The position numbers and the translations under genes were made by a program. A DNA stretch of 64,000 nucleotides from Rebecca billardiae RCC1528. Its lineage: Eukaryota; Protista; Haptophyta. Under the pieces are notes generated by a model. That model saw nothing but the letters and a program-made list of their open reading frames with translations, did not search any database and was not told the DNA's origin. Below, piece by piece: positions 48,831 through 58,660 of this stretch. Numbering within the stretch: the first letter of the stretch is position 1; every line of letters begins with the position of its first letter. The stretch spans positions 1,984,001 through 2,048,000 of the forward strand of contig OZ251225.1 in the NCBI GenBank assembly GCA_965240325.2. The letters run 5' to 3'.

Positions 48831-48925
48831 AAGCTGCCGAGCTTGCCGCGCTGCGCAGTGCGAGTTGCGGACCCTGGACACCCTTGGCTCGGCGACGCGC
48901 GCGCAGTCGGTGCGCTGCGCACAAG

Positions 48926-51205
48926 ATGGACGACGTGAGCAGCCGCAAGTGTGGTCACACCGGCTGCACCACGTGGCCTCACTTCGGCATGCCGGGCGAC
49001 GCGCGCGCCAGCCGGTGCGCTGCGCACAAGCTGGCGGGCATGGTCGACGTGAAGAGCCCCAAGTGTGGTCACGCGGGCTGCACCACGCAGCCTTCGTTCG
49101 GCATGCCGGGCGACGCGCGCGCCAGCCGGTGCGCTACGCACAAGCTGGCCGGCATGGTCGACGTGAGCAGCCGCAAGTGTGGTCACACCGGCTGCACCAC
49201 GCGGCCTAACTTCGGCATGCCGGGCGACGCGCGCGCCAGTCGGTGCGCTGCGCACAAGCTGGCCGGCATGGTCGACGTGAGCCACCCCAAGTGTGGTCAC
49301 ACCGGCTGCACCACGCATCCTAACTTTGGCATGCCGGGCGGCGCGCGCGCCAGTCGGTGCGCTACGCACAAGCTGGCGGGCATGGTCGACGTGAAGAGCC
49401 CCAAGTGTGGTCACGCGGGCTGCACCACGCAGCCTTCGTTCGGCATGCCGGGCGACGCGCGCGCCAGCCGGTGCGCTACGCACAAGCTGGCCGGCATGGT
49501 CGACGTGAGCAGCCGCAAGTGTGGTCACACCGGCTGCACCACGCGGCCTAACTTCGGCATGCCGGGCGACGCGCGCGCCAGTCGGTGCGCTGCGCACAAG
49601 CTGGCCGGCATGGTCGACGTGAGCCACCCCAAGTGTGGTCACACCGGCTGCACCACGCATCCTAACTTTGGCATGCCGGGCGACGCGCGCGCCAGTCGGT
49701 GCGCTACGCACAAGCTGGCCGGCATGGTCGACGTGAGCAGCCGCAAGTGTGATCATGCTGGCTGCACCACGCGGCCTTACTTCGGCAAGCCGGGTGACGC
49801 GCGCGCCAGCCGGTGCGCTACGCACAAGCTGGCCGGCATGGTCGACGTGAGGAGCCGCAAGTGTGATCACGCGGGCTGCACCACGCGGCCTTACTTCGGC
49901 ATGCCGGGTGACGCGCGCGCCAGCCGGTGCGCTGCGCACAAGCTGGCCGGCATGGTCGACGTGAAGCACCCCAAGTGTGATCACGTCGGCTGCACCAAGC
50001 GGCCTTACTTCGGCATGCCGGGCGATGCGCGCGCCAGCCGGTGCGCTGCGCACAAGCTGGCCGGCATGGTCGACGTGAGAAACCCCAAGTGTGGTCACGC
50101 CGGCTGCACCAAGCAGCCTTACTTCGGCATGCCGGGCGACGCGCGCGCCAGTCGGTGCGCTACGCACAAGCTGGCCGGCATGGTCGACGTGAGCAGCCGC
50201 AAGTGTGATCATGCTGGCTGCACCACGCGGCCTTACTTCGGCAAGCCGGGTGACGCGCGCGCCAGCCGGTGCGCTACGCACAAGCTGGCCGGCATGGTCG
50301 ACGTGAGGAGCCGCAAGTGTGATCACGCGGGCTGCACCACGCGGCCTTACTTCGGCATGCCGGGTGACGCGCGCGCCAGCCGGTGCGCTGCGCACAAGCT
50401 GGCCGGCATGGTCGACGTGAAGCACCCCAAGTGTGATCACGTCGGCTGCACCAAGCGGCCTTACTTCGGCATGCCGGGCGATGCGCGCGCCAGCCGGTGC
50501 GCTGCGCACAAGCTGGCCGGCATGGTCGACGTGAGAAACCCCAAGTGTGGTCACGCCGGCTGCACCAAGCAGCCTTACTTCGGCATGCCGGGCGACGCGC
50601 GCGCCAGTCGGTGCGCTACGCACAAGCTGGCCGGCATGGTCGACGTGAAGAACCCCACGTGCGGTCACGCCGGCTGCACCATGCGGCCTTACTTCGGCAT
50701 GCCAAGCGACGCGCGCGCCAGCCGATGCGCTACTCACAAGCTGGCCGGCATGGTGTTCAGTCGACTCGCCGTCTCCAAGCGCAGGCTGGAGCATGGCACC
50801 GGCGACCAGGGCACACGCGCCGCGAAGCGACGGCACAAACACACCGGCAGCATTGCGGCTGTTACGGACGCCGCGCCGCAGCTGGCCGCACCGCCGCCGC
50901 TCGTCGCAGTCACCATCGTCCGCTGGCGCTTGCCAGATGGCACGATCTACTCGGTTGATGACGGGGTGGTCGATGATGGTGCCCTTGCCCTGGACGAGCG
51001 GCATCAGCGTGGCAATGCAGGTGACGCAATCCGGGCTGCCCCTGGCAACTGCGACCAGGGACTACCTGCAAGCATCAACACTACCGCTGCGCCAGGACTA
51101 CCATCATCATCGATGGCGGCGGGGGCAGCACGACGGCAGCAACCAGAGGACATACCTGTGGTGATGGCCAGGAGGGTCCCGGCCCGCGACGCCGCAGGCC
51201 GATGA
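48926..51205 (+). CDS. EsV-1-7-type repeat protein, copy B (16 repeats)
   Basis: Sixteen 114-bp units, uninterrupted frame, same NLS-like motif and tail. Confidence 0.8.
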   Translation: MDDVSSRKCGHTGCTTWPHFGMPGDARASRCAAHKLAGMVDVKSPKCGHAGCTTQPSFGMPGDARASRCATHKLAGMVDVSSRKCGHTGCTTRPNFGMPGDARASRCAAHKLAGMVDVSHPKCGHTGCTTHPNFGMPGGARASRCATHKLAGMVDVKSPKCGHAGCTTQPSFGMPGDARASRCATHKLAGMVDVSSRKCGHTGCTTRPNFGMPGDARASRCAAHKLAGMVDVSHPKCGHTGCTTHPNFGMPGDARASRCATHKLAGMVDVSSRKCDHAGCTTRPYFGKPGDARASRCATHKLAGMVDVRSRKCDHAGCTTRPYFGMPGDARASRCAAHKLAGMVDVKHPKCDHVGCTKRPYFGMPGDARASRCAAHKLAGMVDVRNPKCGHAGCTKQPYFGMPGDARASRCATHKLAGMVDVSSRKCDHAGCTTRPYFGKPGDARASRCATHKLAGMVDVRSRKCDHAGCTTRPYFGMPGDARASRCAAHKLAGMVDVKHPKCDHVGCTKRPYFGMPGDARASRCAAHKLAGMVDVRNPKCGHAGCTKQPYFGMPGDARASRCATHKLAGMVDVKNPTCGHAGCTMRPYFGMPSDARASRCATHKLAGMVFSRLAVSKRRLEHGTGDQGTRAAKRRHKHTGSIAAVTDAAPQLAAPPPLVAVTIVRWRLPDGTIYSVDDGVVDDGALALDERHQRGNAGDAIRAAPGNCDQGLPASINTTAAPGLPSSSMAAGAARRQQPEDIPVVMARRVPARDAAGR

Positions 51206-52173
51206 AGCCGTGAAGCGTGGCTCATCGTGATGATTTCCCGGCGGCCATCACGGCCAGCTTGCGTTTGAGCGAGCGCCGCCATCGGGCCGCCGATTCCGAG
51301 ACGGCACCGGCCACGGCCGACGCCACCGGCCGTGGTTCTTCAGCGCGTTCGACTTCACGCCCCTGTTCCGCTCATGTCGACAGGCGCCCCTCCACTCGCG
51401 GCCGGCAGGGGCTCGCCCACCTCGCTGCTCAAGACCTTCCCACCGTCACACCGTGGCACCGACTCTGACTGGGACCTGCCAGCCGCACGTCGGCACGCTC
51501 GGCTGTCGGCAAGCAGCTGCCCATCCCGGAGGCGTGCGCGCTGGCGCAGAAGCACGGGTACGACGCGGTGCATCTTGACGTGGACTTCCTGCTCGAGCCC
51601 TGACCCGACGCGGTGGTCGCGCTGCTCGCTCAGCACTGCGGCGCCTCCGGAACTTCCAGGCCGGCCCGGGCGGCTGGCTGGATGAAGGCTGCAGCCTGCT
51701 GCCACAGCTGCTGACAGCTGCGGAGCTGCCAGGACTGGTACTGGTAGCGTGGTGGGATACTTGACGAGTGGTACTGGTGACCTGTAGTCAGCTACTCTAA
51801 CTCTGTCCTGGACCTGAGCACGAATGATGACGAGTGACGAATGTGGCAGTCGCCAGTCGGCGACCGAGTCGTCGTAGACTCGTCGTAGCTAGTCGTACGT
51901 AGTAGTAGACGGTAGTAGTGTCGTCTGCTGCTTGCAGACTTTCATTGCGCGTAGTGCTGCTGATGATGCGCATCATCGTCATCGATCACGCTGCGCGCGC
52001 ATATCATTTGCTTAGACGCAGCAGACGAACGTGATGATGCATGGCAGCAGCAGAGTCTCAGTGATGCCCACTGGTAACCATCGTCGTACGTTGACGATCG
52101 TCGGTCAGGGGCCATTCGCATCGTGCTGCGGTAGGCTATGTACTGCAGTCGCAGCACGGCTGCACCCGCCGGC

Positions 52174-53063
52174 GTGGGCGAGCATCTGGCGGCAGACTGC
52201 GAGGAGCAGGTCGGTCGCGACGTGCCGCTCGTGCACCTCGTCGAGCACCACCACCTCGTGTGCCGCCGCAGCGCCGGGTCCGCCACCGCCTCGCGCAGGA
52301 GGATCCCCCCAGCGACGAAGCACAGGGCGGCGCGCGGCCCGGCGGTCGAGTCGAAGCGGACGACGTGGCCGACGGAGCCGCGCGGCTCGCGGAGGGCCTC
52401 GGCACCGACGCGCGGCGCGAGCGAGATCGCCGCGAGCCGGCGCGGCTGCGTCACCACCACGTGGCGGTACCCCGCCCGCAGCAGCATCTGTGGCACCTGC
52501 GTCGATTTCCCAGAGCCCGTCTCCGCCTGCACAATAACTATTTGGTGGTCGCGCACCGCGGAGAGGATGGCGGGCTCGGCGGCGGAGACGGGCAGGGCGA
52601 GGCGCGAGGCGCGCAGCGCGCGCAACGACTCCAGGCCCGCGCGCTGCGCAAAGTCCTCGTACAGCAGCGCCGTCTCGCGCGCGGCCGCGGCCGTCGCCTC
52701 GCTCAGACCGCGCGGCCGCCGCCCGCTCGGCTCGGGCGCGAGCGCAAAGTTGACGCGGTAGCGCGGCGCGTACGTCGCGGGAAGGCCGAGCGCGGCGACT
52801 CGCTCGGCGATGCTCGCGCTGGCGGGCGCGGGGCCGGTGCGCGCGCGCGCCGGCGCGGCCGGCGCCGGCGCGGCCGGACGCGCGGCCGGCCCCGGCCCCG
52901 GCGCGGCCGTCGCTGCGGCTGCGCTGGCACGCTCACGAGCGGCGCGCACGCCCTCGAGCTTGCGCGCAAACTCGGCAAAGTCCTCCGCACACTCGCGCGG
53001 AAAGAGCCCGCCGTCGCCGCACACGTACTCCACGGCTGCAGCCTCGTCGTCGCGCCCCGTCAT
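52174..53063 (-). pseudogene. DHX34: DHX34 5' fragment, copy C (+2 frameshift near 52261, truncated at the same point as copy A)
   Basis: Almost identical to 46341-47228. Confidence 0.85.
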
Positions 53064-53187
53064 CGCTCCATCATCTATCACCGTCATTGTTGCGGGACGG
53101 CAGCCATCCTGGCCGGCCGCCGGCGAAGCTGGCAAGCTGCCGAGCTTGCCGCGCTGCGCAGTGCGAGTTGCGGACCCTGGACCAAGG

Positions 53188-54189
53188 ATGGACACCCTTG
53201 CCTGGACACCCTTCCGGCTTGGCTCGGCGACGCACAACGCCAGCCGGTGCGCTGCGCACAAGCTGGCCGGCATGGTCGACGTGAGCAGCCGCAAGTGTGG
53301 TCACGCCGGCTGCACCACGTGGCCTCACTTCGGCATGCCGGGCGACGCGCGCGCCAGCCGGTGCGCTGCGCACAAGCTGGCCGGCATGGTCGACGTGAAG
53401 CACCCCACGTGTGGTCACGCAGGCTGCACCACGCGGCCTTACTTTGGCTTGCCCGGCGACGCGCGCGCCAGCCGGTGCGCTACGCACAAGCTGGCCGGCA
53501 TGATCGACGTGAAGAACCCCAAGTGCGGTCACGCCGGCTGCACCACGCGGCCTTCGTTCGGCATGCCAGGCGACGCGCGCGCCAGCCGGTGCGCTACGCA
53601 CAAGCTGGCCGGCATGGTCGACGTGAAGAACCCCACGTGTGGTCACGCCGGCTGCACCAAGGGGCCTTCGTTCGGCATGCCGGGTGACGCGCGCGCCAGC
53701 CGGTGCGCTACGCACAAGCTGGCCGGCATGGTGAACACTCGGCTCGCCGTCTCCAAGTCCAAGCGCAGGCTGGAGCATGGCACCGGTGACCAGGGCACAC
53801 GCGCCGCAAAGCGACGGCACAAACACACCGGCAGCATTGCGGCTGTCTCGGACGCAGCGCTGCAGCTGCCCGCACCGCCGCCGCTCGTCGCAGTCACCAT
53901 TGTCCGCTGGCGCTCGTCAGATGGCACGATCCACTCGGTTGACGACGGGGTGGTCGATGATGGTGCCCTTGCCCTGGACGAGCGGCGTCAGCGTGGCAAT
54001 GCAGGTGACGCAATCCGGGCTGCCCCTGGCAACTACGACCAGGGACCACCAGCAAGCATCAACACCACAGCTGTGCCAGCACTACCATCATCATCGATGG
54101 TGGCAGGAGCAGCACGACGACAGCAACCACAGGACATACCTGTGGTGATGGCCAGGAGGGTCCCGGCCCGCGACGCTGCAGGCCGATGA
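53188..54189 (+). CDS. EsV-1-7-type repeat protein, copy C (4 repeats)
   Basis: Open frame, 4 units plus tail; frame is also open upstream to ATG 52810, antisense to the DHX34 fragment. Confidence 0.75.
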   Translation: MDTLAWTPFRLGSATHNASRCAAHKLAGMVDVSSRKCGHAGCTTWPHFGMPGDARASRCAAHKLAGMVDVKHPTCGHAGCTTRPYFGLPGDARASRCATHKLAGMIDVKNPKCGHAGCTTRPSFGMPGDARASRCATHKLAGMVDVKNPTCGHAGCTKGPSFGMPGDARASRCATHKLAGMVNTRLAVSKSKRRLEHGTGDQGTRAAKRRHKHTGSIAAVSDAALQLPAPPPLVAVTIVRWRSSDGTIHSVDDGVVDDGALALDERRQRGNAGDAIRAAPGNYDQGPPASINTTAVPALPSSSMVAGAARRQQPQDIPVVMARRVPARDAAGR

Positions 54190-55176
54190 AGCCGTGAAGC
54201 GTGGCTCATCGTGGTGCTCTCCCGGCGGGCATCACTGCCAGCTTTCGTTTGAGAGCGAGCGCCGGCATCGGGCAGCCGATTCCGAGACGGCACCGGCCAC
54301 GGCCGACGCCACCGGCCGTGGTTCTTCAGCGCGCTCGACTTCACGCCCCTGTTCCGCTCATGTCGACAGGCGCCCCTCCACTCACGGCCGGCAAGGGCTC
54401 GCCCACCTCGCTGCTCAAGACCTTCCCACCGTGGCACCGACTCTGACTGGGACATGCGAGCCGCACCTCGGCGCGCTCGGCAAGCAGCTGCCCATCCAGG
54501 AGGCGTGCGCGATGGCGCAGAAGCACGGGTACGACGCGGTGCATCTCGACGTGGACTCCCTGCTCGAGCCCTGGGCCGACGCGGTGGTCGGGCTGCTCGC
54601 GCAGCACGGCCTCCGGAACTTCCAGGCCGGCCACAGTGGCGGCTGGCGGGAAGGCTGCGGCCTGCCAGGACCGTAGTCGCGCCAGTGGCAGCATTGCGGG
54701 AATCTGGATCAGTAGATGACGATTGGTCGCGTGGTAACTCTATTGTCGTCACTCACTACTCCCTGAGCACGAATCCATGCGGTCCCGATGGTCCGGTCGT
54801 CGGTTGCCAGACATGCAGTCACGACTGTGCATGACTCATCACTATCTAGTCGTAGTGTCTGCTGCATGGTGTCGGCGTACCGCGTAGTGCTCATGAGATT
54901 GAGTGATGCCATAAGATGCCAGCAGTAGCTCTAGTTACTGCCTCTAGTCCAATGATGACTTGTGTCTTGTGCACTCGCGCGCGTGCATCATCAGCCCATG
55001 CGCGCGTGCATCATCATCAGCATGCGCGCGCGCATATCATCATCGTCTGCTTAGATGCAGTAGCAGTACGTGATGATGGCAGCAGAGCGTGATGCCAGTT
55101 GACCATCGACAGCATCGTGTTGACGATCGTTGGTCAGGGCGGACAGGGCCACAGTGACAGAGCGGTGCGAAGCCTG

Positions 55177-55900
55177 GCGGTCGAGTCGAAGCGGACGACG
55201 TGGCCGACGGAGCCGCGCGGCTCGCGGAGGGCCTCGGCGCCGACGCGCCGCGCCAGCGAAATTGCCGCGAGCCGGCGCGGCTGCGTCACCACCACGTGGC
55301 GGTACCCCGCCCGCAGCAGCATCTGTGGCACCTGCGTCGATTTCCCAGAGCCAGTCTCCGCCTGCACGAGAACCATTTGGTGGTCGCGCACCGCGGAGAG
55401 GATGGCGGGCTCGGCGGCGGAGACGGGCAGGGCGAGGCGCGAGGCGCGCAGCGCGTGTAGCGACTCCAGGCCCGCGCGCTGCGCAAAGTCCTCGTACAGC
55501 AGCGCCGTCTCGCGCGCGGCCGCGGCCGCCGCCTCGCTCAGACCGCGCGGCCGCCGCCCGCTCGGCTCGGGCGCGAGTGCAACGTTGACGCGGTAGCGCG
55601 GCGCGTACGTCGCGGGAAGGCCAAGCGCGGCGACTCGCTCGGCGATGCTCGCGCTGGCGGGCGCGGGGCCGGTGCCCGCGCGCGCCGGCGCGGCCGGCGC
55701 CGGCGCGGCCGGACGCGCCGCCGGCCCCGGCCCCGGCGCGGCCGTCGCTGCGGCTGCGCTGGCACGCTCACGAGCGGCGCGCACGCCCTCGAGCTTGCGC
55801 GCAAACTCGGCAAAGTCCTCCGCACACTCGCGCGGAAAGAGCCCGCCGTCGCCGCACACGTACTCCACGGCTGCGGCCTCGTCGTCGCGCCCCAAGTCAT
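55177..55900 (-). pseudogene. DHX34: DHX34 5' fragment, copy D (frameshift right after the ATG; truncated at RFDST)
   Basis: ATG ACTT GGG CGC vs ATG ACG GGG CGC in the intact gene; further internal deletion before motif II. Confidence 0.85.
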
Positions 55901-56074
55901 CGCTCCATCACCGTCATTATTGCGGGACGGCAGCCATCCTGGCTGGCCGCCGGAGAAGCTGGCACATCAAGCTGCCGCGCTTGCCGCGCTGCGCAGTGCG
56001 AGTTGCGGACCCTGGACACCCTTGGCTCGGCGACGCACAACGCCAGCCGGTGCGCTGCGCACAAGCTGGCCGGC

Positions 56075-57100
56075 ATGGTCGACGTGAAGCACCCTACGTG
56101 TGATCACGCGGGCTGCACAAAGCAGCCTTCGTTCGGCATGCCGGGCGACGCGCGCGCCAGCCGGTGCGCTACGCACAAGCTGGCCGGCATGGTCGACGTG
56201 AGAAACCTCAAGTGTGGTCACACCGGCTGCATCACGCGGCCTTACTTCGGCATGCCGGGCGACGCGCGCGCCAGCCGGTGCGCTACGCACAAGCTGGCCG
56301 GCATGGTCGACGTGAAGCACCCCACGTGTGATCACGCGGGCTGCACCAAGCAGCCTTCGTTCGGCATGCCGGGCGACGCACGCGCCAGCCGGTGCGCTAC
56401 GCACAAGCTGGCCGGCATGGTCGACGTGAGAAACCTCAAGTGTGGTCACACCGGCTGCATCACGCGGCCTTACTTCGGCATGCCGGGTGAAGCGCGCGCC
56501 AGCCGGTGCGCTGCGCACAAGCTGGCCGGCATGGTCGACGTGAAGAACCCCACGTGTGCTCACGCGGGCTGCACCACGCGGCCTTACTTCGGCATGCCGG
56601 GTGACGCGCGCGCCAGCCGGTGCGCTACGCACAAGCTGGCCGGCATGGTGTTCAGTCGACTCGCCGTCCCCAAGCGCAGGCTGGAGCATGGCACCGGCGA
56701 CCATGGCACGCGCGCAGCGAAGCGACGGCACAAACACAGCAGCCGCATTGCGGCTGTCTCGGACGCCGCACCACAGCTGGCCGCACCGTCGCCGCTCGTC
56801 GCAGTCACCATCGTCCGCTGGCGCTTGCCAGATGGCACGATCCACTCGGTTGACGACGGGGTGGTCCATGATGGTGCCTTTGCCCTGGACGAGCGGCGCC
56901 AGCGTGGCAATGCAGGTGACGCAATCCGGGCTGCCCCTGGCAACTGCGACCAGGGACTACCGGCAAGCATCAACACTACCGCTGCGCCAGGACGACCATC
57001 ATCATCGATGGCGGCGGGGGCAGCACGACGGCAGCAACCACAGGACATACCTGTGGTGATGGCCAGGAGGGTCCCGGCCCGCGACGCTGCAGGCCGATGA
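56075..57100 (+). CDS. EsV-1-7-type repeat protein, copy D (5 repeats)
   Basis: Open frame, 5 units plus tail. Confidence 0.75.
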   Translation: MVDVKHPTCDHAGCTKQPSFGMPGDARASRCATHKLAGMVDVRNLKCGHTGCITRPYFGMPGDARASRCATHKLAGMVDVKHPTCDHAGCTKQPSFGMPGDARASRCATHKLAGMVDVRNLKCGHTGCITRPYFGMPGEARASRCAAHKLAGMVDVKNPTCAHAGCTTRPYFGMPGDARASRCATHKLAGMVFSRLAVPKRRLEHGTGDHGTRAAKRRHKHSSRIAAVSDAAPQLAAPSPLVAVTIVRWRLPDGTIHSVDDGVVHDGAFALDERRQRGNAGDAIRAAPGNCDQGLPASINTTAAPGRPSSSMAAGAARRQQPQDIPVVMARRVPARDAAGR

Positions 57101-58660
57101 AGCCGTGAAGCGTGGCTCGTCGTGGTGCTCTCCCGGCGGCCATCACGACGAGCTTTCGTTTGAGCGAGCGCCGGCATCGGGCCGCCGATTCCGAGACGGC
57201 ACCGGCCACGGCCGACGCCACCGGCCGTGGTTCTTCAGCGCGTTCGACTTCACGCCCCTGTTCCGCTCGTGTCGACCGGCGCCCCTCCACTCGCGGCCGG
57301 CAAGGGCTCGCCCACCAAGCTGCTCAAGACCTTCACCGTGGCACCTACTCTGACTGGGACCTGCGAGCAGCACGTCGGCGCGCTCGGCAAGCAGCTGCCT
57401 ATCCCGGAGGCGTGCGCGCTGGCGCAGAAGCACGGGTACGGCGCGGTGCATCTCGACGTGGAGTTCCTGCTCGAGCCCTGGCCCGACGCTGTGGTCGCTC
57501 TGCTCGCGCAGCACGGCGCCTCCTGAACCTCCAGGCCGGCCCGGGCGGCTGGCAGCGGGATGAAGGCTGCGGCCTGCTGCCACAGCTGCTGATAGCTGCC
57601 AGGACTCGTGGTGGGATATTGTGGGATATTGATGACGTGGTTCTCTGGTACTGGCAACCTGTCGTGAGCTGTCCTGATGAGTAGAATGTGACAGTCGTCG
57701 TACAGTACTCTCGTACTCTGAGTTCCGCGTACTCGTAGGCTTCACTCCGTATAGTGACTAGTGAGTCTGTGCTGAGCTGTACTTACTGTATACAGGGTCT
57801 CCAACATTAAACCGGGACATCACTTTGGGCAGCAGCTCAGCGTACGGCCTGTGGCTGCCTCGCGCGGGGTCAGGAGCGGCCAGCTCGGCTCGTGTGCACC
57901 CCACTAGGTCTGTCTGCGACCGCGCATAGCCGGGCAGCCCGCGTGCGGCGTGGAGCACCCCTCTGGGTCATGCGGACAGTCGGCACAAGGCTGGTCTTGA
58001 GGGCAGTGATGAGTGAAGCAGCCGTGTGGCTTCTGCGCATGTCTGTAGCCAGCAAGCCCGCTCAAGGCCGCGCAGATATTATTACGTGGCATGGTCGATG
58101 ACTATGCGGCATGCGCTCGACAGCCCTGGGCAAGCCCGGACGTAGGCGTAGCGCTACACCAGGAGTATATACGGCCCGATCGGACCAGCCTACCAGTTGC
58201 GCACCTCGCTTGCACAGCTGCTGCACAGCCCATCGATCGGCTCTGGCCGTGCAGGCAAGGGCTACAGTCGGCGCCACTACCCGCAGCGAACGCTGGAGAC
58301 CCACCAGTGCGCGCACCAACCCGCCCGCCGCCAAATGCAACCGTGCGCCAGATACGAATTTTAGCAGGCATGCCACCCGCGGGGGCTCCGTGGACCTGTT
58401 CAGAGCCAACCGCTAGTCGGTTGAGCTGTACATCCAAGCCAGCCCTGGCCACACGCTGAGCGCGCCGCTCGCTGCACCCACACCCTCAGTGACCCTGTCG
58501 TCATCCGAGGAGTAAGGTCCATGGCGCTCATGTGAGCCTCTGGCCCATCTCATCGTTAGCAGCCGTACCAGTAGTCAGCAAAAATCAGTGTCCGAACAAT
58601 TGTTGGGGACTGACCTGTAGTAACAGGCGGCTATGCAATTAGTACTACTTTAAATATTAT

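Noticed and set aside
48926-50755. 114-bp periodic array as a CRISPR-like repeat/spacer locus
   Set aside because: The variable parts are point variants of one coding unit rather than unique spacers, the frame is preserved, there are no cas genes and the context is eukaryotic
48764-51004. 746-aa antisense repeat ORF (and equivalents at copies A, C, D)
   Set aside because: Shadow frame of the GC-rich coding repeat; the sense frame carries the Cys/His motif
57758-58625. Possible decayed LTR-retrotransposon integrase/LTR fragment (..FNVGDPVY..)
   Set aside because: No catalytic motifs, paired LTRs or convincing PBS seen
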